DNA of 64,000 nt from Adineta vaga (taxonomy: Eukaryota; Animalia; Rotifera): positions 11,222,001 through 11,286,000 of the forward strand of contig CP075497.1 in assembly GCA_021613535.1 (NCBI GenBank), read 5' to 3'. The translations under genes were made by a program, and so were the position numbers. The notes under the pieces are model-generated. The model was given only the letters and a program-made list of their open reading frames with translations, was not told the DNA's origin and did no database searches. This document shows positions 47,301 through 59,748 of this stretch, piece by piece (the stretch's first letter is position 1; each line of letters opens with the position of its first letter).

Positions 47301-49591
47301 CCAATTCGTTACCTTCATTATCACTCGTTCCACCACCATCATCACAATCTACAGTCAATCATGAATCAATGATGGATGATAATGATGATGAATATTATGA
47401 AGATGATATCGAACAGATTGAATCATCAACCATTCAACAATTAAATACAATTAATAATAATAATAATACAAATTCGATTACAAATTCAACGAATTCAAAT
47501 CCAACTTTTTGGGCTAAAGGCACAGGATTCGGTACAGGTTCGACACATTCACAATGGAAACCAGAAGAAATTCTTCAAATTCAAAAACTTCATGAAGAAC
47601 ATGTGATTTATCTCTTCGATATATTTCATTCGATCTTTTCAAATAAATTATCGGAAGATCTTCTTGATGAACATTTAATCGAAATTATCAATACATCATG
47701 TTTGATTCCTGTTTTGGAATCATATTTACGTAATGATTCAATCTTAGATCTTTCTAAACAAGGTGATATTCATCGGCAATGTTTACGTTTAGTTTATTGT
47801 TTATTAAATAATCAAAAATTAAAGAATTTAATCTATCAAACAAGTAATATTGAATATCTTATTGAAAATCTTCTTCAATGTGTTCAAACATATACATCAA
47901 TGATACAAATCGATGATGATGAACAATTAAATTTATTTTCCGTAGAATTAAAACAAGTCTATGATAAAATCAAAGAAGAACAACAAATTGCGAAAGAAAC
48001 AAATAGTGAAAATCTTCATCTATCAACGAAACAATTCATTACATTGGAAGAATTTTATTGTCAAACAATGAAACTTTTACAATTTAGTACATATCCAATA
48101 ACAATTGAAAATGAATCGGGAGAAAAAGTTTTATTTAATAAAGTCATGAAATATCATTATGAAGATATTGTTCGTGATGCGTTAACAATTAATTCTATGC
48201 AACGAATTAAACGTTTAGCACAAGAACAAATAACGATTTCAACATCATTACCATTATCATTCAGTTCAACAATATTTGTTCGTTCCGATGAAAATCGTAT
48301 GGATATTATGAAAGTTTTAATAACAGGTCCAGATGGAACACCTTATTCGAATGGTTGTTTTCTATTTGATGTTTATTTTCCCAATGAATATCCCACATCA
48401 CCACCATCGATTAATTTAGAAACAACGGGAAATCATACTGTGAGATTTAATCCGAATTTATATAATGATGGAAAAGTTTGTTTGAGTATTTTGAATACTT
48501 GGCATGGAAGACCAGAAGAAAAATGGAATACAACTTCGACATTTTTACAAGTAAGACGATCGGAGAAATTCTTTTCTTCATGAAGATTAGTTTTTGTTCT
48601 TGTTTTAGATACTTGTATCGATTCAATCGTTAATTTTTGTTCCTGAACCCTATTTTAATGAACCTGGATATGAACGAACACGTGGAACAGCAACAGGAAC
48701 ATCGCAATCATTGGAATATGATGCAAATATTCGACAAGCAACTGTTCGATGGGCAATGCTTGAACAATTACGAAATCCTCCCGCTTGTTTTACCGATGTT
48801 ATTCGACGACATTTCTTTCTTAAACGAAGTAAGCTTTTGTTTGGAGAAAAATTTTGTTCAAAGAATTTTTCTTTTTAGATGAAATTATTGAACAATGTGA
48901 AATATGGATTCGAGAATTACAAGATTCTTCGTCAACGGAAAAACGTGTTAGTTCATCTATCAATCAACATTTATCTTCATTAATTCGTCATACAAATGAT
49001 CTTAAAAAAGAATTTGCACGTTTAACTACACCCGATGACTTAACAGTTCCATCGGAATTAACCAATTTTTTACTTCATACATCCACTTCTACAAATTTAA
49101 CTACAGATCAAGTCGCGCCTTCATCTACATCATCAACAACAGTTATAACAATTCCACCCATATCGGAAACTAATCAGATATCTGATTCGACAACAGATGA
49201 ACATTCAATACAAATTAAAATAGTACCTAACCTTCAATATCAATCATCGACAACGTCTACAACTGTTGCATCACCTACAATATTAATCGATACTGAAACA
49301 CAACAATCGTCGAATTCTTCAACGAATCTATTCGATCAACAACAACAACAACAACAAACTTCATCTTCATCATCAAATCCCAATACCTATGATATAACAA
49401 TCTCTCATTCAAATAGTTTACTTTCTGATTGGACGACAACTGATGCTCCACTTGTTCCTTTAACTGATGATGGATTAATCTATGATGATTTACTTGATGA
49501 TGAAGATGATATGGATGATGATTTAGATGTTGAAGATATGCTCGAATATGAAGGTGATATTCCTGAAGGTTATCCTGAAGACTTTTATTGA
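35783..49591 (+). CDS. BIRC6: BIRC6/BRUCE/Apollon giant IAP (BIR + UBC), about 4,500 aa, 7 exons
   Basis: N-terminal BIR ([16 protein letters not shown]...MAKAGFY...DRALCFAC...[21 protein letters not shown]), [13 protein letters not shown], and a C-terminal UBC with [17 protein letters not shown]. Short introns link the consecutive ORFs. Confidence 0.96.
38340..38387 (+). repeat. (CAA)n microsatellite encoding 16 Gln in BIRC6
   Basis: Direct read, with one CAG interruption. Confidence 0.95.
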
Positions 49592-49894
49592 CAATTCTTT
49601 TTCTTTTCTTCGTGAAAAAGCCGAGTGATTGATTGATATTTGTATGTTCTAATTTGTTTTCTTCTGTACGTATTCTTGATTGCTAAAAAAGCAAAACACA
49701 AAGACACTTTTCTCTTTCTCTCTTTGTTATTTCATTCGCTCTGTGTGGTTAACTCATGTTATTAGTCTTAAAGTAAACAAAATGCAAAAACATAGCACGG
49801 AAATATTTTTTATTTAATAAACGAGAAAACCATAAAGCTACTTGTTCGATTTGATTGAATTCATTTTAGATATTTGTTTTCGATATTTTATTGA

Positions 49895-50386
49895 ATGATA
49901 CGATTGAGAAAGGTAAGAAATCAAACTGATTTTATCAAAAGATCAATATGAAAGAATTTAGGTTTCCCTTGTCAACGACATCCGTAAGAATCGTACTGCA
50001 CTTTATTATTGGTCACTAGGTGTTGGTTTCTTTACAACTGCATCTTTCATTACTGTTGGTTATTTTCTTTAGTAAGTAAAAACTATTCATAAATTAGTGA
50101 ATTGATTGTATTTCTTTGTTAAGTTCCTATCGAATTAAAAAACGAACGAGAGAAAGTATTGAAAAAGGTAATACTGAAAAGATTCTTAGTCCACAAGGTT
50201 TAAATAGTCAAGGTTTGTTAATTATTTTCTTATTTGCTGATATTCAGAATGTTTTGTTAATTAGAAATACAAAAAGCGATTGTATTATTTGAAAAACAAC
50301 GTGCTCAGGATCAGATTCAAATTGATAATTTCGAACGCTATAAACAATTACGTAATAAACGTCGTGAACAAGAAGGTTTACATTAA
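49895..50386 (+). CDS. 112-aa single-TM protein, 4 exons (49895-49912, 49962-50071, 50124-50212, 50265-50386); not in the ORF track; possibly mitochondrial
   Basis: Three 49-52 nt GT-AG introns join 339 nt into one frame: basic N-terminus MIRLRKVSLVNDIRKNR, TM segment LYYWSLGVGFFTTASFITVGYFLY, charged helical tail. Confidence 0.8.
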
Positions 50387-50399
50387 ATATTAAATTACA

Positions 50400-53300
50400 A
50401 TGTTTACACATTCTACAACTAAAGTTTCAAACGAACATGTTAATCATATTGTTAAATCGATTTTAAATAAACGACAACGAAATATTCTCGAACAACAACA
50501 AACATTTATACGAAGAAATACCGATGAAAATAATAAAAGAAATAATTATCTTGTGGATAAATTTACAATGAAAAAACCAACAAAGTTTGTATTCTTATTT
50601 TCTTCTCTCGAAAGAATTTTATCTTCGATTCAATTTGGAAATAGATCATCAAAAGAAAACATCAGAAATCCAATAGCAACAACACCAAAAAAGAAAACTA
50701 GAATTGAGAATAACGATGATGATGATGATGATTTTGTTTCGACTAAAAAACCTTCAAAAACAATTGATCTACCAAAGAACGAACCTATTACAATGAAAGC
50801 CGATCCAATTGAAGAATGTCTTGAAGCGATTACTTCAGAAATTGAACAAGAAGATGCAACATGTCCTATATGTAATCAACTTTTAACGAATTTCTATACA
50901 ATTGATCAAAGACAGCAACATGTCAACCAATGTTTGGAAAAATCACAGATAAATAATGTACGTTCCTCATCATTGAATCTTAAAAGATTAGAAAGCAGAA
51001 TCAAAACTTGTGATTATTTGTTTAGATTGAAACAAAACATCAGAAAAGTTTATTATCTTATTCAAAATTTTCTTCAACTAGCCGAAAACCATCAACAAAT
51101 TTCAAATGTCAAATTTGTGGAATATCATTCAATGTTAAACGTACTTATCTATCTCATCTAAAAAAATGTTCAAATCAAAACAGTGTACAACTCAAACATA
51201 TAGTAAATTTTGCTGCGAAAACTATAACAACAACAACGACGGATGAAACAAAATCAATACCAACAGAAAAGAAAAAATCGACAATGAATATTAAGAATCG
51301 AATTATTAAAATGGAAGTACCAGTTACAGAAGATGATGAACAACAACAATTAGTAATGTTTATTTTAGAAAAACATTAGAACTAAATTAGATGAATACTC
51401 TTTTTAGGCAATCGCTTTATCTGCTTCAATTAAAACTGCATCAGAACCTCCTAATGCTTTTGATATTCTTCAAGCTGCATCGAAAAAAATGAAAACAATT
51501 GAGTAATTTATTTTCACACAATAATTGATTAGTCTTAAATCGAATTATTCATTTTAGTTTATTAACAACACCATTGTGGAATGTTTCAAATGAAGATAAA
51601 CTTAAACTTTCTTCTACTCGTCTATTGAACATCTGTGAACGTGTGATATCAATCGATTCTGAAACAAATATCTATAAATTTCCTTCCAGTTCACTTCACT
51701 TGATATCACAAATCAATTTTGGTCATGTTAATTGGTGGAATATAACAACAACAGATCCTCAAGATGATGAAGTAAAACAATCATTTCATTTCTTCTTCTT
51801 TCATTGATTTTTCATTTCCTTTTTTAGATCCCGATGACTCAATTAGCTCGTATACTTAATGATAGTGATGAATCACTGACGTAGTTTAATCCATTGATAG
51901 TCTATTTTTTCGTAAATAAATTTTTTGAAAGAGAATAAAAAACAAAAGAACTTAGGAAAAACATTTATGGAAAATATATGATTAAAATCATGTTCTCTCT
52001 TTTTTGTATTACAGATGATGGATGTTCATCGAGATAATGATGATAATGACAGTGATCGAACAGAAAGTTATACACCACCACCAATTGATATCACAAATAT
52101 TTCTTATAATAGTAGTGAAAAAGAAAATCAATATGAACATATTAGTATACTTAAAGTAGATTCAATTACAGTCTTAGATAATAGTTTCAATCAAGTAAAT
52201 ATTACTAAACCACTCGATTATGAACCAGGTTAGTCGTAATTGAACTTGAAAAGAGTTTTGTTATTCGTTTTATTTTTCTTAGTTGATAATTATTGGGATC
52301 AATGGCCGTTATTCAATGATGAAGCCAATAAAGAAGAACTTTCACAATTGTATTCAATACCTGATATAGATGTACCACCTTCTCCTCCACGACCGATTAT
52401 TTCATCACCAATTTCGCAACTATCCACAACGACTGAAAACAATATTCTTGATATTCTAACATGTCCTTCTTCTTCTTCCTACTACAGTGCAACTCAAGTA
52501 CACAAATCTCCATCGAAAAAAGCACCAGTCAAACGAAAGAAGAAAAAGAAACCTATGTCTGAATATCGACCACCATCACCATTTTCTCCGAAACCAGATT
52601 ATAAATCTATGGATATTGAACGAATAAAAAATCATGCAATGAAATATGGTCTTTCAACTAGTCTTTCTAAAGGGCGATTGATTAAAATTCTTGATGAAAT
52701 TTATAATGTAACTCATCAGTATGAAACAGATACGGATTTCGAATTTGATACGAATGATATTGATTCATCAAAAGTGGTTTCCAATAAGAAAGATTTATCT
52801 CACACGCCACCGACACCAGCAATCATGGCTGAAAAGAAAAAACCAAAAAAACGTCCAGCTGTTCATCACATGAGTTCTTCCGATGATACCAATGAACATT
52901 CTCCACCAAAAATAAAGAAAACAACACCAATTAGTACAGTAGATAACGTGAATAATAATCAGTCAGATGAAGATGACAATGATGACATTGATGCTAACCA
53001 TGAAGGTCGATTTCTTGAATTAACAGTTTATGAATTATCGTCGTCCGTTGCATCGTCCAGTTCATTATCAATTACCGATACTCCGTCGAATCGTCTTCCG
53101 ATTATCAGTCCTTTAAAACGTAAGTAATTAACCATAAAAAATCACCTTTCTTATGTCAATCAATCTTTATAGAATCACCGATAGAAACAGTTTCTCAATC
53201 AAGTACAACAAAGAAATCGAAATCAATATCTTCTACTTCCGATTCTGATGCTCCATCGTCGAAAAAAGCACCTAAACGTCCTAAGCTTCAAACTCCCACA

Positions 53301-53540
53301 CTTCCTCTCAAAGAAATCGTTCGTAACTATATTGAATCCAATCCATCTCTACACGCACGTATTCTCTGTTATGAACCTGTTGATTTCGAAGACTTTCATA
53401 AACAGATGAAAACGGATCTGAATATTAAAATTCAATCAAAAGAATTAATGCAATGTCTCGATGATCAATGTATTACATTTACATTACGTTCACGAAAAGG
53501 CGCTTTCACTAGCGTAATGAGAGCAAAACGACGCAAATGA
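50400..53540 (+). CDS. SLX4: Structure-specific endonuclease scaffold SLX4 (UBZ4, second Zn finger, MLR, SAP, SBD); no BTB evident; may be split at 51772-52014
   Basis: UBZ4 CPICNQLL...RQQHVNQCL; MLR-like EDDEQQQLAIALSASI; SAP PFSPKPDYKSM...KYGL...KILDEIYNVTHQ; SBD SLHARILCYEPVDF...LMQCLDDQCITF. Confidence 0.88.
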
Positions 53541-53623
53541 TAAATAGATATTTTTCCTCTTTGTTTCTTCTCTTTGTTAATAAATCAATCTAGTCTTATG
53601 AAATTGAGCAATTTGTCTTTCAG

Positions 53624-54705
53624 ATGTCAACAATACCATCGACAACAATATCGACGAAAAAAGAAAAAAATGAAGATCAATTTGAATTAGAACAAGAATT
53701 TGTTCTTCGAATGCCACCGGTATGATGAACTTTTCTCCTCAGTCAATTTGAATACATGTGATTTCATTTTCTTAGGGAGAATATGCGACAAGATTACATG
53801 ATTTGATCGAATCAGGTGATGAAAAAATTCGTGAACGTCTTTTCATTGATCTGAATGCGGAAACAAGACGTGGACGTGTAAAATTCGATGATACGATTTT
53901 TAAAGCGACACTCTACGATTTACCATGTGTTACAGAATCTTATAAAACATTTGATCGAAAAACGATGTATAAAATCGCAGATATTGCTCAAGTAAAGAAC
54001 GAAATCTTTCATAATTTGATCAACAAATGATTGTATATTTAGGTTCTTGTTTGTCGATTACCGGGTGATCTTAGTTCAAGTGATGACGATGATGATGAAG
54101 ATGAAACAACAAAACGAGCAAGTGCAACAACAATATCTGATGGAGGAAATGATAAAAAGAAGAAAGATAAAGATAAAGAAAAGAAATATCAATGGCCACA
54201 TGGATGTAAGATAAAATTTCAATTGATTCGATTGTTTTGCTTCATTTATGATTATTAGTGACGGCACCGTTGAAAAATGTACGAAAACGTCGTTTTCGAA
54301 AAGTTGCAAGACAAAAAACACAAGATCATGACGAAATTGAAAAGGAAGTACGACGTTTATTTCGGTAATATGATTTGCATTAAATTTCGATTTATTTTTT
54401 GTTTATGAAAGAATTTTCTATTTTAAAGAGCGGATAATGAAGCAGTTGATGTAAAATGGGAAATTATTGAAGATGATCAAGAAGTCGAAGTTCATAAACC
54501 AATAGAAAAAGATCCACTTGGTACGACATAAAAGGTCCTTTTCATCGTTTAAAACTATTTCTTTTTTTTTAAGAACATAATGATCTATTTGGCGGTGCTG
54601 TTAGTGAATCAGATGAAGAAGACGCTTCACAGAAAGGTTTGCATTCTCAATACATTCATTCATTCATCATTCAAATTATTAATTCAGGTCATACCGAACA
54701 CCATC

Positions 54706-54738
<33 letters not shown>

Positions 54739-55236
54739 CTCCGAGTTCTGTCGATCAACGAATGGATTTTGAAGGGTTATTTAGTGGCGATATGGGTGAA
54801 TTAAGTAATATGGATACTACATCTCAAGTGAATGCAACTGATGATGATCATTTCGATCAATCCGATTGGACACAAGAAAATGATTTAAATCTCGATGATA
54901 ATACAACAACTGGTGGTTTATCGCAAGAAGCTCGAACGAAATTAGAAGAATGTCAAAATGAATTGTTTCGATTAACAAATGAAAAAGCAAATGTTGATAG
55001 TGAATTAGCTCAAATGAATAATCCATTACTTCGCGTAATGATATTTTATACTTCAATGAAGATAATAAAAAGAAACTCTTTTTCCTTTCGTTTTTAGAAT
55101 AAATTATTAGCAAGAGCCAATACACTTCAAATTGAAATTGAACGTGCACAGATTGAGGTATGTTTTTATATTGGAAATTCAATCGTCTTTTCCTATAATT
55201 TTCTCTTTGTAGTATGAACAATTATCAAATATGTAA
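53624..55236 (+). CDS. TAF7: TFIID subunit 7, multi-exon
   Basis: [76 protein letters not shown], and a C-terminal coiled coil (NPLLR). Confidence 0.95.
54699..54737 (+). repeat. (CAT/CAC)13 poly-histidine tract in TAF7
   Basis: Direct read, in frame just after the acceptor at 54687. Confidence 0.9.
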
Positions 55237-55299
55237 CAAATCGAACATTGATTTCTTTATTTGTACATAAATAAAATTTAAAAAAAGTGAACGAGAAAT

Positions 55300-58200
55300 T
55301 TATGCGTTCAACATAATTTCTTTTAAAGTTGCTTTGAATTTGTCTGTAAAGGAATCTGAATGTGTAGCAAATGTTCGATCTAATTGATGAATTTCGATTT
55401 GTGAGGATTGTTGTTTAATAACAAGTGCAAATGCTGTTTCATATTGATTACTTGTTGAAAGTACAAAATGACTGAGGCTAAAAATAATGAAGAAATTTAT
55501 TTTCGAGAAAAAAGAAATACTTTCTTACTTTTCTATTTTAACATTTCCTAATGGTTCATGTAAATCTTTTGTTAAATCCCAATATTTAATGTGACCACGA
55601 GAATCATGAGCAAAGAAGATACTTGCTCGGCCCGATGACCAATTACAACTGAGAACTGTTGATGACGAACGAAAAGCATGTGGCCAAGAAAGAATCGGTT
55701 CATCTAAACTCGATAGTTTTATCAATAAATCATCACTTTTTTCTTTTTACCTCGTCCTGTATTATATAAATACAATTGACCATGTGCAGTACCAACAAGT
55801 AGTAATTTATTAATCATTGGATTAAATGCTAAGCAAGTAACTTCAATTTGTGATTCTATACAGAACAAAAGTCAAAGTTTTATGTTCATTTTTCTGTGCG
55901 TAAAAATCAATCCTTACCTAAATCAGTTGATATGCGAAGTTTTGATGGTGTACCCATTTCACCATATCGAGTCATATGATAAACTGCATTCTAAATTATA
56001 AATAAATGTATCATTTTTTGAATAAAGAATACATTCTCATCATACAGCATTGCTGGCTACATAAAGATTGTCTACATCATTGATTGGACAGGAGAGATCA
56101 TAAGCTTGAATAGAATCTCTACAAACAAAAAAAGAAATGTTTATCGAGAATTTGTTCTCGAAATACAAAAGAAATTATCTTACTTAGCCATGTATATAGA
56201 TTGTTTTATTTGAATAGAAGATGTTTGTGTCATTCGAACTCGACCACCTGGTTTTAAACCTAAATCAGCAACTGACCCAACTTCATCCGATTTAATCAAT
56301 TCCACTACCGACTAAAAAGAAATATTTAAAATCGTTTTAAATATTAATCAATACATTTAGGTTATTTGTATTACCCAAATGATAATCAATCCATCTCGAT
56401 CCAATGATGCCAACGAAAATGAACCTGTCGATTGATCACTTTTATTATTCATACTTCACAAAAAAAATACAAATCTTCAATTCAAATTAAATTATACAAT
56501 AATCAATTAATTACCTTGTTGTTCGTAAAGGTAAAACACGAATCACTTCATTATAATGTCGTTCATTAAATTGAATATTTGCTAAGGAAAAATCATTATT
56601 TTCATTTCGAAATTTCTCATAAAACAAAGGTTTACCCGTCGAAAAGGTAGGACTACTTGGCATGGGTTCATGCGAATCAGATTTGTATCTATTCGGTTCA
56701 CTTATATCGAATAAAACAACGGAACCGTCATGCTAAATGAAAAGAATTTCGAATTTTTGTCTATAGAATTGATTCTATTTACACATCCAGCAAATACATA
56801 AACCATAGAGGAAGAACAGCAACGAACAGATGCTTCACAAGTCAGTAATCTTAACGGTTTCTCAGGATTTCGCACATTATAAATTGCACCAAAACTTGTG
56901 GTATAAATCTAAATATTAAAAAACATTCTTGATCTTTGTTCAAAAGAAATTACAGTAAAGAAACGAACTGGTTCATAAAAAACTGCAACTTGATCAGGTT
57001 TGTCAGGACAAAAACAAGCAGTAGCAATTGAAATTTCTAGAAGAACAATGTTTAGTTTGAATTTTAGGAATATTTTTCCAATCAATTACTTGATTCAAAC
57101 GAAAGTCCTGGGAGTATAGTCAATCCAGATGCGAAATTTAAATCTGAATCTCGTTGCATGCCATCTTGTTCATTATTTTCTTTCGATCGTTTGGATTTCG
57201 ATTTCACATTACTAGTTGATTGTTCACCAAGTAATGCAAAGATCAACTAAGAATGAAAAATCATTGATGTCTCTTTATTCACCTAGATTCTTTCCTTACT
57301 TTGCCTGAATTAATCACAAATGTTTGATAACGTCCAAGATCAGTTTCTAATCGAAGCATACGTAATAATTCATCATTTTCACGTGTTTTATGCATATCTA
57401 AATCGATTATAAAATAAATTCTTCGATACGAAAAAATTCCTTTGAACTTACCTGAAAATTTATTGTCATCATTGATACTTCCACTTCCACATGCTTTCTG
57501 TTCATTTTCACTTGGATGTTGTGTCCACATAGATCGTGTATCGATTTCATCCGTTTGCGATTGGACATGTTCAGCATCATCATTCGTTTGTGTTTTAACA
57601 CTTGATGTCCAACCTGCTCCCTCATCGAGATTATTAGTTGATGATTGATTCTTTTTATTATTCAAACGAATATCACGCATGTAAGTAGCATGAGCTGGCA
57701 TTGGAGCCATATCGAGAATATTGAATGATTGACGATCAAGTTCAATTAAACGAGAGAGATCTTTGTAACGACGTCGAATACGATCTGAGACACTTTGAGA
57801 ATGAAAACGACGTGAATTTGTATAGACTTGAGCATCATCAAGACCAGCGGAGGTAGAATATGACTTGGACGGAGAAGGCTAAATAATCAATGAGAAATAC
57901 AAGGAATTTATGATTGAAAAAATGTCTTACTTCGTCATAGTTTGAACGATGTTTTTCTTCTCTACGGGATTTCGATGATTTCTAAATAGTAATTCGATAT
58001 TTATAGAATAAGAGAATATGAAATTTTTAGACTTACCTTGACAGGTTGATGATCCGCTTCGTCATCAAAATCATCATCATAATTCTTGAAAAGAAAACAT
58101 TACGAAATGATATTCGAGTTCATATTGAAAAACTCTTACCTGCTCGAAATCATCACTATAATTTTCATCTTTTTCACTCGCTTTATTTTTCTGAAATTAA

Positions 58201-58980
58201 CATAAAACAAAAAAAAAGAACTTATACTTTTCTAAAAGAATGTCTACTAACATGTTTCGACAGAGGCGGAGATGAAGGTGGTGATTTCGCTCGTGATGAC
58301 TAAGTTTAAATAATTAAATAGTCAGTTATCTCAGTGACGGAAAAAAGAATGGAGAAATATTTACTTTATGTTTTCGACTATCACCATTTTCCATATCACG
58401 ATTCTATTCCAAGAAAATCAATCGATTTCATTCTAATGATTTCAATTATCAAATTACTTTTTCTTTTCGTTTTCGTCGTTCTTCTTCATATTCTTCTTGT
58501 TCACGTCTTAATCTTCCTTCTTCTTCTTCTTTTTCCTGTTTTAATCTCTCTTCTTCTTCACGTTGTTTACGCAATTTTCGACGTCGTCGACGTTCAGCTT
58601 CTTCTTCTTCTGCTGCTGCTATTGCATTTTCATCCTGTTCAGTAGTTTTACTTCTGTGTTTTGATTTTGATTGATGTGACTCTGATTTCTATTCGAAGAA
58701 AGAAAAATATCATCATTTGAACATACACTTTCCAAGAATATTTACCTCTCGATGTTTTGATGATGATGCCTCTTGATCATAATCTTTCGAACTTCGTCGA
58801 TATTTATCTTCTGCATAGTCATCCTTCGAATATATGAATGAAAAAATTGAAAACTATCACTCAAAATTCATATATACTTTGCTATTATGTTTGCTTTTAC
58901 TTGAATCACGATGCTACAAACATAATTGAGATTGAATTTAATGATAATTAAAACTCAAATCTTACCTTTTTACTCGTCAT
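55300..58980 (-). CDS. DYNC2I1: Dynein-2 intermediate chain 1 (WDR60), many small exons
   Basis: Charged N-terminus, YSDDFEQ/YDDDFDD acidic motifs, RYKDLSRLIELD, QTNDDAEHVQSQTDEIDTRSMWTQHP, and C-terminal WD40 repeats (GSVVLFDI, ASLDRDGLIIIW, GHIKYWDL). Confidence 0.88.
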
Positions 58981-59138
58981 TTTCTTATTTCAAAAAAGAA
59001 CAGAACAGCTGTAAGGAAATAAACCATCCATTGCATATTCTCATCATCCTCTTGTTCCCAACGTTTTCCTCTTCTATAGAATCAATCTTCCAAGTGCATA
59101 GGTAACTTTATATGCCAAAAATTCTAGTGTGTCTTTTC

Positions 59139-59148
59139 CTGATTGGTC
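59139..59148 (-). promoter_or_regulatory. CCAAT box in the WDR60/TMEM35 bidirectional promoter (255-bp ATG-to-ATG gap)
   Basis: CTGATTGGTC is the reverse complement of GACCAATCAG at 169-178. Confidence 0.5.
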
Positions 59149-59235
59149 AGATAAACTAAATCAGGTTATCTCACTCATCCGTATATATATATCATTTTGA
59201 ATGAAACAATATTTGTGCTCAAACTCAAAAACGAG

Positions 59236-59748
59236 ATGGGATCGCTTGCTTTACATTTATTGACTGTTGTGCTTGGTGTGACCTTTGTTTTTCTTGGTCA
59301 TATCCAATTAACTCCTCAATTTTTTCCGGAATATCATACTCAAATACGAAATGAATTCGGAAAATTAAATAAAGAATTCCCATTGTATCATCTCACCGGT
59401 TGGCGTCCTTATGCCAAAAACTATCGAATAGGTTTAGGCGTTGCTGAAATGTCCGCAGGAACTTTATTATTACTCGGTGGAGGTTTGTAAAAATTCAACA
59501 ACGAATAGAATTTGTTTTATTTCAATGTGTTTTTCTTTGATTTAGTTGCTTCTCAATCGTTAGGTACACTGGTATTACTTGTGATAATGACAAATATGAT
59601 AATTGCATTTCATAAATTAAATTATAGTATTGAATATCTTGGTGCGGCAGTATTTCTTACATTTTTACTTCTTCTTCGACTCATTTTTGCCTCAAAATCA
59701 AAAGCATCTCGAGTTGTCAAACAAAATATTGAAAAAAAAGTGGAATAA
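59236..59748 (+). CDS. TMEM35: TMEM35/NACHO-family (DoxX-like) ER membrane protein, 2 exons
   Basis: LTVVLGVTFVFLGHIQLTP...YRIGLGVAEMSAGTLLLLG parallels NACHO. Four hydrophobic segments and a C-terminal KKVE di-lysine ER retrieval signal. Intron at about 59483-59545. Confidence 0.82.
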
